A stretch of 64,000 bases of DNA from an uncultured Alphaproteobacteria bacterium (GCA_963781725.1 CAWAGV010000002.1:2969531-3033530), one strand, 5' to 3'. Positions 8,219-18,420 are shown, numbered from the stretch's first letter. Notes: generated by a model not told the origin, from the letters alone. A program made the numbers and translations.

Positions 8219-9016
8219 TCACCATGCAGTCGCGCTCGTCACGCCGCCATCGACGACAAGTTCGGCACCGGTGATAAAGCTAGCCTCGTCCGACGCCAGA
8301 AAGAGGCTGGCATTGGCGACATCCCATGCGGTACCCATCCTGCCCATCGGACACCACATTGCGCGCTCCTTGGTGTACGTCTCGATCGATTCGGGATCGT
8401 CGGGTATCTTCGCACGGACAAATGGCGTGTCGATGTGGCCAGGAAGAACTGAGTTGGCACGAACGCCGCGCGAGGCGTACTCAACGGCAATAATGCGCGT
8501 AAATCCAAGAACGCCCGCATTGCTCGTGCTGTAGGCAAGCAGCGAACGGCGCGCGTACCGTAGCGCGGTTATGGACGAGATATTCACGATTGCGCCCTTC
8601 CGCTGCCTAGCCATGTGCGGCAGGACAGTGCGGCACGTTAGGAACATACTCTTCAGATTTGTATCGATTATAAGATCCCAGTCCTCGACTGAGAGATTTT
8701 CCATCGTCTCAGCTTTGGATATCCCGACGTTGTTATGCAAAACGTCAATCGTGCCGAATTCTTTGAGGGCCTTGGCAACTGCGTTCTCGACATCGGCTGG
8801 TTGTGTCACGTCACAAGCAATGGGGAGGCATATCCCATCTTCATCTCGAATGATGCTGGCGGTTTCATTTGCCGCATCGATATTGACGTCCAATGCAACA
8901 ACCTTTGCGCCCTCACGGGCATATGTCACTGCTGCTGCCTTGCCGTTTCCCCAACCTGGGCCGGAAGAGCCTGCCCCGGAGACGACCGCGACTCGATTCT
9001 GCAGCCATTTCGCCAT
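8219..9016 (-). CDS. SDR family oxidoreductase (YxxxN variant)
   Basis: ORF 8219-9052; ATG 9016 has a GGAGAG RBS 9 nt upstream. Alternative GTG 9052 overlaps the upstream stop as GTGA. Glycine-rich VSGAGSSGPGWGNG; the active-site stretch reads AYSTSNAG (Tyr present, Lys replaced by Asn). Confidence 0.85.
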   Translation of the reverse strand: MAKWLQNRVAVVSGAGSSGPGWGNGKAAAVTYAREGAKVVALDVNIDAANETASIIRDEDGICLPIACDVTQPADVENAVAKALKEFGTIDVLHNNVGISKAETMENLSVEDWDLIIDTNLKSMFLTCRTVLPHMARQRKGAIVNISSITALRYARRSLLAYSTSNAGVLGFTRIIAVEYASRGVRANSVLPGHIDTPFVRAKIPDDPESIETYTKERAMWCPMGRMGTAWDVANASLFLASDEASFITGAELVVDGGVTSATAW

Positions 9017-9048
9017 CGCCGATTTCTCTCCAGTGATTTGACTTCGCT

Positions 9049-9801
9049 TCACAGCCCGAAAGTGGCGCCGCCATTCACGTTGATGATCTCGCCAAAAATA
9101 TAGCTCGCGTCGTTGGACATCAGAAATCCGACCGTTCGCGCGATCTCGTCAGCTTCCCCGATACGGCCAGCGAGCGAACGGGAGCTGACGCCAGCCAGCG
9201 CTTCTTTGGTGTAATGCGCAGTCATCGGTGTTGAAATCGAACCGGGCGAGACCGCGTTGACGCGAATATTGTGCGGCGCGAGCGAGCGGGCGAGCGAGCG
9301 CATCAGGCCGACAATCGCGGCTTTCGATGTGGCGTAGGCTGGGCCGCCCCGGCCGGTGCCGCCCAGACCGCCGACGCTGATGACGCTGGATGTGGTTAGC
9401 ACGATCGCACCGCCGCCATGATTTTCCATGTGCTGCGCTACGGCCTGGGAGATGAGAAAGGAGCCCGTCACGTTAACGGCCAGGATTTTGTCAAAATCAG
9501 AGGCATTCAATTCGCGCCAAGTCTTCATGGAGTGAATCGCGGCCAGATGAGCCAGCCCATCAAGGGCGCCGAAAGCCGCCACAGTCGCGGCCACCGCTGC
9601 GCGACATTGTTCAGCGTCGGAAATATCGGCGGTGAATTCAAAATACCGAGTGTCGTCCGCCGGAGCGGGCGTCGTCTTGCTTCGCGGGACAACGTCAACA
9701 CCACACACTGCGTAGCCGTCTTTCAAAAAATGAGTGACGCAGGCTTGTCCAATGCCGCTGGATGATCCTGTTACGAGAACAACTTTCGTTCTGTCGGTCA
9801 C
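9049..9801 (-). CDS. SDR family oxidoreductase
   Basis: ORF 9049-9864; GTG 9801 is preceded by GGAG at 7-nt spacing. VTGSSSGIGQ cofactor motif and canonical YATSK. Confidence 0.85.
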   Translation of the reverse strand: MTDRTKVVLVTGSSSGIGQACVTHFLKDGYAVCGVDVVPRSKTTPAPADDTRYFEFTADISDAEQCRAAVAATVAAFGALDGLAHLAAIHSMKTWRELNASDFDKILAVNVTGSFLISQAVAQHMENHGGGAIVLTTSSVISVGGLGGTGRGGPAYATSKAAIVGLMRSLARSLAPHNIRVNAVSPGSISTPMTAHYTKEALAGVSSRSLAGRIGEADEIARTVGFLMSNDASYIFGEIINVNGGATFGL

Positions 9802-9888
9802 TGGTGCACTCCGGTTCGGACAACAAGGCTGAGGCGCGTGCAATGAAGCGGCCGTTGCCGCCAACTCACCGTCTCTGGTGCTGCGTCG

Positions 9889-10902
9889 CTAACGACCGGA
9901 GATCGCCACGAGCATGTCCCATAGCGGCTTTAGCTCAGGCCTTTTATTGACGATATCGTCCCCCACCGGTCTGGTTTTTGCCATCAGCTCCTTGAATTCG
10001 TCATCCGGCAAATGGATGATTTCACCGCCGTTCGCGACCCACGTCTTCCTCTGCTGCTCTACAAAGTCGACGCCCCACGGTATGACCTCGCTCGCCATCT
10101 GTTTGCTGGTCATCATGACCTGATTCTGCAGATCAGGGGGTAATGCATCGAACCATTTTTTGCTCAGCATCTCGACGCTGTAAAAATAGGCTTGGCGTGT
10201 TTCCAGCATGTATTTCGCGGCATCGAAATACTTGAGCGGGGTGAATACATTCACGGCACCGTACGCGCCGTCGATCGCGCCCTGCTGCAACGCGGGGAGT
10301 ACGTCCCCGAGCGATAATGGCACACCGGTTGCACCGAGAAGGGTCAGCGGTTCAGTCTGAAATTCCGATGCCAGGACTCTTATTTTCTTGTCTTTCAGAT
10401 CGGCGATGTGCCGCACAGGAATCCGCATGTCGTAGGACGATGGCCCAACGTAGAAGAGCGACGCGCCGATAAGGCCTTTATTCGCCCCGAGCGAAAGAAA
10501 AGCCTTATTGAACTCGACGTCGTCGAATACCTTTAGAGCCTGCTTTTCATTCTGGAACAGACCAGGTGCGCTCAAAATCTCAAACCGGCGGTCAACACCT
10601 ACCAGGAACTCCGGTGGCCCAAGCCAGCACTGTATGGCCCCGAGTTGGACGCCTTCGATCTGCCTGGGAATGCTGCCAAGCTGACTGCCTGGATACAGCT
10701 CCGCCTTGATCCGGCCACCGGTATTGCGCTCGATGGCAACCGCAAACCGCTTCATCCACTCATGTTGGGCGTCATTGACGGTCGCCGCACTCAAGCGCAT
10801 CGTAATGACTTGGGAATCCTGAGCCCAACTGCTGCTTGCTGAGAAGGCCGCGGCAAACAGGACGCCGCACAAGCCAACACATACCTTGGCTAAACTGATC
10901 AT
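9889..10902 (-). CDS. TRAP transporter substrate-binding protein (DctP family), orphan
   Basis: 337 aa. Signal peptide ...SSSWAQ, then MRLSAATVNDAQHEWMKRFA...GGRIKAELYPGSQLGS, typical of DctP. No DctQ/DctM genes nearby. Confidence 0.85.
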   Translation of the reverse strand: MISLAKVCVGLCGVLFAAAFSASSSWAQDSQVITMRLSAATVNDAQHEWMKRFAVAIERNTGGRIKAELYPGSQLGSIPRQIEGVQLGAIQCWLGPPEFLVGVDRRFEILSAPGLFQNEKQALKVFDDVEFNKAFLSLGANKGLIGASLFYVGPSSYDMRIPVRHIADLKDKKIRVLASEFQTEPLTLLGATGVPLSLGDVLPALQQGAIDGAYGAVNVFTPLKYFDAAKYMLETRQAYFYSVEMLSKKWFDALPPDLQNQVMMTSKQMASEVIPWGVDFVEQQRKTWVANGGEIIHLPDDEFKELMAKTRPVGDDIVNKRPELKPLWDMLVAISGR

Positions 10903-11145
10903 GAAGAAACGCTCCCGGTTCGTTCAAAAGTAAAGCTGGCACGCAATGTTCGCCATAACTGTACGGCTTGTCCAGCGCGGGAAGCCTGCGCGGCGCGATC
11001 CTTGGCGCAATCTTCAAGCTGCTTGGCAATTTTTCTCTTCGGGATGGTCCGCAACTTGCGGCTGCGGACTAAGAGCGCAGCGGCTAGATAGGCGCCTGCC
11101 ATCGCGGTAGAATATGCCGAGCAGCGGTAGCGAGGAGGTTGCGAA

Positions 11146-12165
11146 ATGTTCCTGCGCAATGGTTGGTATACGGCTCTTTGGTCCAATGAACTTAAAGACA
11201 AGCCGATTGCCAAGACTCTCCTCAATGAGAAGATCGTGCTGTTCCGTAATGCTGGTGGCGATGTCGGCGCCCTGGAGGACTGCTGCTGCCACCGCGCTGC
11301 GCCACTTTCGCTCGGCGAGATTGCGGGCGACTATCTCGCCTGCGGCTACCACGGACTCAAGTTCGACGTGGACGGCAAATGTGTCGAGCTTCCAGACGGA
11401 AACCAGGTCCCGTCCGGCGCCAAGGTGCGCAGCTATCCGATTGCTGAAAAATGGAACGTCGTCTGGATCTGGATGGGCGACCCGGCCAAAGCAGACCAAG
11501 GAAAGATTCCCGACATGCCGTGGTTGTCGGAAGCTGGATGGGCGGCGACCCCCGGCCGACTCCATGTGAAATCGAATTATCAATTCATCGTCGATAACCT
11601 GCTCGATTTCACCCACGTCGCGTACGTGCATAAGCGCACAATTGCCGGCGACCCGCGCGAAGCTACGGAGCCGCTCAAACCCGAGAGGCTAAACGACGGT
11701 ATTGGCGTCACCCGCTGGCTGCTCAACGTTCAACCGCCGCCGTTATTCGCCAACGCCGGCAACTTGAAGAGCAACGTCGACCGCTGGCAGGTTGCGCGAT
11801 GGTATCCGCCCGGAGTTGTCTATTTGGACGTCGGTTGTGCCAAGGCCGGAACTGGGGCGCCGCAGGGCGACCGCAGCCAAGGCATATCGATTTGGTCTAC
11901 TCACCTGCTCACACCCGAAACGGAACACACCAGCCACTACATGTTCTGCTTCTCGCGGGACTTCGCTCTCGAAGACGAGGGGATGTCGAAGCTTCTTTAC
12001 GAAGGCTCGCGCGCGACTTTTCTCGAGGATGTGGACTTCCTGGAGGCGCTGCAGAACAACCGGACGAACGGCTCGCTCGATGGCCTCGTTCATCTAGCCG
12101 CTGATGCCGGCCAGCTGCAGGCCCGACGCATGCTCAGCAGCATGATATCGGCTGAGCAGGCGTGA
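11146..12165 (+). CDS. Rieske [2Fe-2S] aromatic-ring/O-demethylase-type oxygenase subunit (VanA-like)
   Basis: AGGAGG RBS before ATG 11146. Rieske motif CCH-x16-CGYH. About 340 aa with the N-terminal WY..LWS..L pattern typical of the VanA / phthalate-family class. Confidence 0.85.
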   Translation: MFLRNGWYTALWSNELKDKPIAKTLLNEKIVLFRNAGGDVGALEDCCCHRAAPLSLGEIAGDYLACGYHGLKFDVDGKCVELPDGNQVPSGAKVRSYPIAEKWNVVWIWMGDPAKADQGKIPDMPWLSEAGWAATPGRLHVKSNYQFIVDNLLDFTHVAYVHKRTIAGDPREATEPLKPERLNDGIGVTRWLLNVQPPPLFANAGNLKSNVDRWQVARWYPPGVVYLDVGCAKAGTGAPQGDRSQGISIWSTHLLTPETEHTSHYMFCFSRDFALEDEGMSKLLYEGSRATFLEDVDFLEALQNNRTNGSLDGLVHLAADAGQLQARRMLSSMISAEQA

Positions 12166-12371
12166 TAGTGGCATAGCTCTTCCGGATTGCGGATTACTGC
12201 CCTCAAAAGTGAGCGGCGGAAGGTAGAAATTCAGTTCGCATAAGGCCGATTACGGAACTCACGAACGTTGGTTCGAAGAAATTTCGTTGCACGTGGCATC
12301 ACAGTTAAAGAACCGGGTTGGCATCCAGCGATCTCTTGCTCTTAGAAGCGCTCGGTGTTCTAGTTCGCTAA

Positions 12372-13337
12372 ATGGTTGGATTTTGGATTTGGGGCCGTGT
12401 GGTTGCGGTGCTGGCGGTATTTGCCGGTGGCGCTAACGCGCAGTCTTGGCCGGAACGGCCGATCACCATTATTTCGCCCTTTGCCGCCGGCACCAGCGTC
12501 GATCTCCTGGCGCGCCGGCTCGCAACGGCATTGTCGGAACAATTGGGGCAGCCAGTCATCACCGAGGATCATCCCGGAGCGAACGGCAATGTCGGTGCGA
12601 CGACAGCTGCAAGAGCGGCAGCTGATGGCTATACGCTTTTGCTCTGCACGCCTGGGATCGCGGTGCAAAACAAGTTTATCTACAAGACGATGCCCTTCGA
12701 TGGCGATCGTGACTTCGATCCTATCGTGCTTATCGCCAAGGCTCCGCTCCTGATCGTGGTCAATCCAAAGCTTCCAGTCCACAATCTTTCCGAGTTGCTT
12801 GCCTATTCCAAAGCTAATCCCGGCAAGGTCAGCGTCAGCAGTACAGGTATCGGATCGCAGGGGCATGTTACGCTCGAAATGCTCAATCGGCTGTCCGGCG
12901 CTGACATGGTTCATGTGCCTTACAATGTGGTCTCCGAGCAAAACATGGATCTCGTCAGTGGACGGATCGAGGCGGGCATAGGAAATGTCACGCTGTCGCT
13001 GGGGCTCGTATTGGACGGCTCTCTTCGGGCGCTGGCGATTACCAGCAAGACGCGTATGGAACGGTTGCCCGATGTTCCGACTGTCGAAGAGGTGGGATTT
13101 CCTGGATTCGAATCCGTCGGTGGATATGCGCTCGAAGCGCCACGCGGCACGGCGCCGGAGATCCTGGCGAGGATCAACCGTATCGTAAACGCCTATCTTG
13201 GCACCGACACGGGCCGGCGTGACGTCGACGCACTGGGTATGCAGCCGGCCGGCGGTACGGCCGCGGATGTGCAGGCGTGGAATACGAGCGAGAGTAAACG
13301 GTGGGGACCGATCATCAGGGCTGTTGTGCCGAACTAG
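12372..13337 (+). CDS. Bug family TTT substrate-binding protein
   Basis: 321 aa; signal peptide ...GGANAQ, then WPERPITIISPFAAGTSVDL. Confidence 0.9.
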   Translation: MVGFWIWGRVVAVLAVFAGGANAQSWPERPITIISPFAAGTSVDLLARRLATALSEQLGQPVITEDHPGANGNVGATTAARAAADGYTLLLCTPGIAVQNKFIYKTMPFDGDRDFDPIVLIAKAPLLIVVNPKLPVHNLSELLAYSKANPGKVSVSSTGIGSQGHVTLEMLNRLSGADMVHVPYNVVSEQNMDLVSGRIEAGIGNVTLSLGLVLDGSLRALAITSKTRMERLPDVPTVEEVGFPGFESVGGYALEAPRGTAPEILARINRIVNAYLGTDTGRRDVDALGMQPAGGTAADVQAWNTSESKRWGPIIRAVVPN

Positions 13338-13472
13338 ATTGGCGCCGCGCTCCCAGCGAGTCTCGATGAAGATCTCGCTGAAAACACCAGCACGGCCGCC
13401 GCGGCGTGTGTTGCCGCTGCGTGATTAGCAGCGAGCTTCCAGCTGTACTGACAATCATCGCGAACGCAGCGA

Positions 13473-14408
13473 TCAGAACGATACGTTTGCGCCACCTTTG
13501 AGACCGAGAATTTTGCGCGCGTCGTCCGGCGTCGCGACTTCCAAACCAAGCCCCTCGATAATGGCGCGTACATTTTGAACTTGTTGCGCATTTGATGCGG
13601 CGAGCTTTCCGGGTCCGATCCAGAGCGAATCTTCGATGCCGACGCGCACGTTGCCTCCCATGGATGCACCCATGGCGGCGATCGCCATTTGCGAGCGGCC
13701 GGCGCCCAGCACGGACCACCGATAGTTTTCCGGCCCGAGCAGCCGATCTGCGGTTCTCCTCATTGTCATTACATCCTCGGGGTGAGTGCCTATGCCGCCG
13801 AGAATGCCGAAGACAGTTTGAACAAAGAGCGGTGGCTTCACCAACCCGCGCTCGAGAAAGTGGGCCAAGTTATAAAGGTGTCCGACATCGTAGCACTCGA
13901 ATTCAAATCGCGTTCCGTTTTCGGAGCATGTCTTCAATACAAATTCGATATCTTTGAAGGTGTTCCTGAAAATCAGATCTGTCGTGCTTTCAAGATACGT
14001 TCGTTCCCAGTCGTGCTTGAATTCCTTGTAGCGGCCCAACATTGGAAAGAGACCGAAATTGATCGATCCCATGTTGAGACTCGCAACTTCAGACTTGAAG
14101 TGAGCCGCGGGCCGCACGCGCTCCTCGACGCGCATGGTCGGCGCTCCGCCCGAAGTCAGATTGATGACAACATTCGATTGCTGCTTAATGCGGCTGAGAA
14201 AGCGATTGAAGGCTTCAGGGCTTTGGTCCGGGCGGCCGGTCTTCTCGTCGCGCGCATGAAGATGAACGATGGCAGCACCTGCTTCCGCTGCACCGAGCGC
14301 CGATTCCACGATCTGGTCGGCGGTTATGGGAAGAAACGGGGACATTGAAGGCGTGTGGATGGCGCCCGTGATGGCACAGGTGATGATGACTTTGCGTGAT
14401 GTTGCCAC
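13473..14408 (-). CDS. beta-keto acid cleavage enzyme (BKACE / 3-keto-5-aminohexanoate cleavage family, DUF849)
   Basis: KVIITCAITGAIHTPSMSP...IVHLHARD...INLTSGG are hallmark BKACE motifs. GTG 14408 has GGAG 6 nt upstream. Alternative ATG 14471 overlaps the upstream stop (ATGA). Confidence 0.85.
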   Translation of the reverse strand: MATSRKVIITCAITGAIHTPSMSPFLPITADQIVESALGAAEAGAAIVHLHARDEKTGRPDQSPEAFNRFLSRIKQQSNVVINLTSGGAPTMRVEERVRPAAHFKSEVASLNMGSINFGLFPMLGRYKEFKHDWERTYLESTTDLIFRNTFKDIEFVLKTCSENGTRFEFECYDVGHLYNLAHFLERGLVKPPLFVQTVFGILGGIGTHPEDVMTMRRTADRLLGPENYRWSVLGAGRSQMAIAAMGASMGGNVRVGIEDSLWIGPGKLAASNAQQVQNVRAIIEGLGLEVATPDDARKILGLKGGANVSF

Positions 14409-14467
14409 GTCTTTCTCCGATTGGGTTGCTGTGATAGTTGTTACCGCCGCCACGAGGTAAATGGCGC

Positions 14468-15436
14468 TCACTCTATTTGTATGGCGGCATCCTTGATGAG
14501 CTTCTGGTAGAGCGCGCGCTGATCGTCCACAAAAGTCGAAAACTCCTTAGGCCCCATACCGCTCAAAAGCGTTCCATAGACCGCCATTTTCTTTTCGTTG
14601 CTTTCCCTGGTAGCCGCGGCGTGTATGGCAGCCGCGAGACGATCAATCGCCTGCTGGGGGACGCCCTTCGGCGCAAAAAGCCCGAACCAGCCTTCGATCA
14701 CCATTTTGGGAAGTCCGACGTCCGCAAATGATGAAACGTCGGGTAAAAGCGAGCTGCGTTCGGGTAGCGTGACCAAAAGCGATCGAACTGCTCCGGAGTC
14801 GATGAAAGATTTCGCTACGCCGAGATCGAGCACGATCGCGTCGACGCGGCCCGCCATCATCTCGTTGATGGCTTGAGGCGTCGCATCGAATGGTATGAGC
14901 GTATTGTTGATGCCGGCCGCATGTGTGATGGCATCGGTCACGACGATGGCAAGCGATGACGCCGTCGCAAAATTCAGGCCGCCTGCCTTATCCTTCGAAA
15001 GCTTCACAAGGTCGGCGAAGGTCTTTGCCGGCGAGTCCTTGGGGACGATCAAAACCTGTGGAACGGTGCCGAAGAGACCGACGGCATCGAAGTCTTTCCG
15101 TGAATTGTAGGTTGGGCTTTTGTAGAGAAAATCGTTGGCCGCGTGAGTCGATACATTGCCGACCAGAAAGGTCAAACCGTCCGGCGTTGCGCTTGCGACG
15201 TACCGCGCGGCAATCGCTCCGTTTGCGCCGACCCGGTTCTCAACCACGAAGGTTTGGCTCAACTGATCCTGCAGATCTTGCGCGATAAGCCGGGTTACCG
15301 TGTCGGTGATCGTACCGGGTCCTGTTGACACAACGAATCGGGCAGGGCGCGATGTATAGCTTTGTGAGAAAGCTGCAGGTGGCAGCAACAAACCGCCTAT
15401 GAGCGCCGAAAATAGAAACAGCTTCTTGAACATCAT
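14468..15436 (-). CDS. Bug family TTT substrate-binding protein
   Basis: 322 aa; signal peptide ...AAFSQS, then a Bug-like core (RFVVSTGPGTITD variant of the N-terminal motif). Confidence 0.85.
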   Translation of the reverse strand: MMFKKLFLFSALIGGLLLPPAAFSQSYTSRPARFVVSTGPGTITDTVTRLIAQDLQDQLSQTFVVENRVGANGAIAARYVASATPDGLTFLVGNVSTHAANDFLYKSPTYNSRKDFDAVGLFGTVPQVLIVPKDSPAKTFADLVKLSKDKAGGLNFATASSLAIVVTDAITHAAGINNTLIPFDATPQAINEMMAGRVDAIVLDLGVAKSFIDSGAVRSLLVTLPERSSLLPDVSSFADVGLPKMVIEGWFGLFAPKGVPQQAIDRLAAAIHAAATRESNEKKMAVYGTLLSGMGPKEFSTFVDDQRALYQKLIKDAAIQIE

Positions 15437-15494
15437 GCTCTCCCTCGACTTGGACTGTTTGCAATTCGATTTGTCAGTTCATTGAGGCGACGTT

Positions 15495-15923
15495 TCAGTC
15501 GCCGGGCCGGACAAATACGGCTTGGGGAAAGACCGTTTTGACAGCCGCTTCGGCAATTTGTTCATCCTCGTTCGACAGCACCCCAGATACGCCAATCGAG
15601 CCGATGCATTGGCCATTGATGATAATCGGTAGACCGCCACCCATGGGCAGGACTGGAAACCGTAAGAAGGTCAGATGACCCTCGCGAATTCGATCCTCCC
15701 AGAGACGTGTTGTGCGCTCCGTCATGACAGCGGTGTGTGCCTTCTGGATTGCGATGTCTGGGTTTCCAGCTCGTGCACCGTCCATCCGATGAAGCGCGAT
15801 CATATTGCCGCCGTCGTCGAGAATGGCGATGACAACTTCCCAATTGTGCTTCTTTGCCTCTTCCTCGCCCGCAGCCATGAGCCGCTTCGCGTCATCGAGG
15901 GATAAAACATTCTTCTGTCGCAT
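15495..15923 (-). CDS. GlcG/HbpS-like heme-binding protein (DUF336)
   Basis: 142 aa; LSLDDAKRLMAAGEEEAKKHNWEVVIAILDDGGNMIAL...GGGLPI fits the GlcG family. Confidence 0.8.
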   Translation of the reverse strand: MRQKNVLSLDDAKRLMAAGEEEAKKHNWEVVIAILDDGGNMIALHRMDGARAGNPDIAIQKAHTAVMTERTTRLWEDRIREGHLTFLRFPVLPMGGGLPIIINGQCIGSIGVSGVLSNEDEQIAEAAVKTVFPQAVFVRPGD

Positions 15924-15983
15924 GAGATGTTATTCCTTGTTAGTTGAAAAAAAGAGTTGGCATTAGGCTCATAAATGAGCCCT

Positions 15984-16997
15984 TCAGGGCGGGAGAAGTT
16001 GTCGCTTGTTGTCGCGACGGCTGACGCACCGGGGTCCGAATAGCCAATGCGTCGGCATCTTTCCCGATACTGGCGATCGAAAACTCGCGATTCGATCGTC
16101 GGTCAAGGATCCGAGAAAAATGGTTTTGAGGTCCGGCCCGCCAAAAGCTATGGATGTAATTGCCGCCAGCTTATGCCCGGATGGGGTGTAATAATGCTGG
16201 CGGTTAAAAGTCTTTGCCGAGCGGGCACGCTCAATGTCTTCGATGTGGCCCGGAAGGACATCTTCGATGACGATTTCAATATTGCGATCCGGCGCGACGC
16301 GTAAAACACGATTGCTGATGACGCTGACCACCCACAAATGGCCATCGGCATCAAAAGCACAGCCGTCGGGATACGTTCCTGGCGGGAATTCAACCCAGGT
16401 CTCTCGTGGTCCAAGATCTCCAGATGGCTGCACGGCGAACCGGCTTACCCGTGCGCCGGCCGTCTCGCACACATATAGCCACGTATTCGAAGGATCTATC
16501 CGGCATTCGTTGGTTAGGGCGAGACCTTCTCCGACGACATGGGCCCCGTGCTGGTCGGCGCGGACGATAAATCCGTCGGCAATGCCGTGATTCATCGATG
16601 CTGTGCGATCCGGCGTCCGGGTGGTGCAAGTGATCCACTGGCGGTTTAGACCATCGATCAAAATGAAATTGGCCGCTTCAAGTTTGATGCCGTCGGCTTC
16701 CATGAGTCGAGGGACAGGACCATTGCCTTCGATCGCCCAAATGCCGCCGTCCCCGAGAAGATTTGCGGCAAGGATTGTTCCTTCAGCGTCGATAGCCAGG
16801 CCGTTCGGAAGAAATTGTTCCGTGTCTGTCAGTCCTTGCCGATGCCCTAAGACCTCGAAGGTGCCGTCGGGCCTGATGTGGAGTGCAGTCGCACCAGCGT
16901 GAGATGTAAACATGTCCCCGGATGCGCAACACAACACACATTCAGGGCGGCGAAACATCCGCGGAGAGAACGAAATATCATCAAGAGCTATACGCAT
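15984..16997 (-). CDS. SMP-30/gluconolactonase/LRE family protein (module copy A)
   Basis: 337 aa beta-propeller-type sequence (PNGLAID, NECRID, YPDGCAFDADGHLW, IAFGGPDLKTIFLGS). Paralog of 31968-32945. Confidence 0.85.
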   Translation of the reverse strand: MRIALDDISFSPRMFRRPECVLCCASGDMFTSHAGATALHIRPDGTFEVLGHRQGLTDTEQFLPNGLAIDAEGTILAANLLGDGGIWAIEGNGPVPRLMEADGIKLEAANFILIDGLNRQWITCTTRTPDRTASMNHGIADGFIVRADQHGAHVVGEGLALTNECRIDPSNTWLYVCETAGARVSRFAVQPSGDLGPRETWVEFPPGTYPDGCAFDADGHLWVVSVISNRVLRVAPDRNIEIVIEDVLPGHIEDIERARSAKTFNRQHYYTPSGHKLAAITSIAFGGPDLKTIFLGSLTDDRIASFRSPVSGKMPTHWLFGPRCVSRRDNKRQLLPP

Positions 16998-17010
16998 CGG
17001 GGCACAGGCT

Positions 17011-18420
17011 TTAGGCAGCTATATTCGCTATTGATCCTGCGTCTTGCGTCTCGTCGATTTTCCAACACGCAGCGATTAGTCGCTCGGCTGACTGCGGCTC
17101 CAGTATCTGGTTGCAGAGGCCTAGAAATTTTCGCTCGAGATCGCGGTCGGACATGGGCTTGGAAACGCTTCCAAGACAATGCTCAATACTCTTGGTCCAC
17201 GTTCCGTGAGCAGTCTTCACGGTGACGCGTGCGGCGTCGGGCATAAGAGAGGGCTCGGAAATAGCGTGGACTCGGTCGCGTAACGCCTTGATCGCCGGGT
17301 CCTGGACGATCTTGTCCGTATTTATGCCGATATCGCCGCGACCGGTCGCCAATGGACCTGCGGTCCAGTGGAACAGGCTAACGACAGATTCAAAGTCGTT
17401 TGCCGGATGGCGGCGATTCGTCAGAGTGATTGTGGTCGGATGCACATGGACTTCGACGCTCTGAATGTCTTCCGGGCGTAGTTTTGTCTGGTGACGAATT
17501 TGGAGGCATGCATCGACCACTGGATGAATGACAATCCCGCAAGGCCAAGGCTTGTGGGTATTAGCCATGATTTCGTAACGCTCACCGAGACCATCGGTAA
17601 GTGAATTAGGATCTGCCTTTTCAGCAAAAAGGCTGAGAAAGCCATTCGGATTCTCAAGAGAATTAGCACCGCAGGTAAATCCTGCTTGCGCCATCAGTGC
17701 CGCCCTGAGACCGCATTGGCCGGCATGGGCCGGCACCATCGCGCTGGTCATGGCAGCATGCATGGCCCGGTTGCCAGCGCCCTGGCCCGAGGCAATGCCT
17801 ATCGCCCATGTTGTGGCGGTCGCTGAAAGCTTCAGCATTTTGGCGGTTGCGGCCGCTGCGCCCACCCCACCGGTGAGGCCCGTCAAATACCATCCAACAT
17901 GGCAGTTCGCAGGGGAGACCGCGATGGCGCGGCTTAGCCGGCTTTCGATCTCGATACCCAGAACGAGCGCAGTAAGAAAATCCCGGCCGGATACCTTGTT
18001 GCTTTCGCTCATTGCCAGCAGCGGCGCAGCAATGGGCCCCGTAGGATGAAGGATAATTTCGGCGTGAGTATCGTCGAAGCTATGAACGCCGGAACTCGTA
18101 CAGTTCAACAGCGTCGCGGTGAGGACATCGGTTCGTCGGCGGCGTCCGACAATCGTGGCGCGCGGTTCGCCACCGACCGGCAGCAGAGCTTTCTCAGCGA
18201 CGGCGATATTTTCATGTTGCGATCCGCCAATGGCGCATCCGAGCCAATTCAATAGCGCACGCTTGGCTTCGTGACGAACCTCTTGCGGGAGGTCCTCCCA
18301 CCTGTGCATCAACACGAATTCCGCCAATTGAGTGGCCAGCGTTGAGCTCATCACGCCGTTGGTGCTGCCGTTACTCGCTTTCGACGGTGAGAGGGGGCCA
18401 GCCACGGCGCTAGATGCCAT
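17011..18420 (-). CDS. MmgE/PrpD family protein (module copy A, paralog 2)
   Basis: 469 aa; DDTHAEIILHPTGP, GWYLTGLTGGVGAAAA, IGIASGQGAGNRAMHAAMTS. The start overlaps the upstream SDR-like gene by 11 nt. Confidence 0.9.
   Translation of the reverse strand: MASSAVAGPLSPSKASNGSTNGVMSSTLATQLAEFVLMHRWEDLPQEVRHEAKRALLNWLGCAIGGSQHENIAVAEKALLPVGGEPRATIVGRRRRTDVLTATLLNCTSSGVHSFDDTHAEIILHPTGPIAAPLLAMSESNKVSGRDFLTALVLGIEIESRLSRAIAVSPANCHVGWYLTGLTGGVGAAAATAKMLKLSATATTWAIGIASGQGAGNRAMHAAMTSAMVPAHAGQCGLRAALMAQAGFTCGANSLENPNGFLSLFAEKADPNSLTDGLGERYEIMANTHKPWPCGIVIHPVVDACLQIRHQTKLRPEDIQSVEVHVHPTTITLTNRRHPANDFESVVSLFHWTAGPLATGRGDIGINTDKIVQDPAIKALRDRVHAISEPSLMPDAARVTVKTAHGTWTKSIEHCLGSVSKPMSDRDLERKFLGLCNQILEPQSAERLIAACWKIDETQDAGSIANIAA

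Noticed and set aside
10899-11225. 108-aa minus-strand ORF in the gap between the DctP and Rieske oxygenase genes
   Set aside because: It overlaps the start of the Rieske gene, has no RBS or motif, and has a basic low-complexity composition.
13315-13719. Minus-strand ORFs 13315-13719 and 13334-13669, and plus-strand ORFs 13592-14348
   Set aside because: They are off-frame or antisense overlaps of the BKACE gene and the Bug gene 3' end. The BKACE frame carries the diagnostic motifs.
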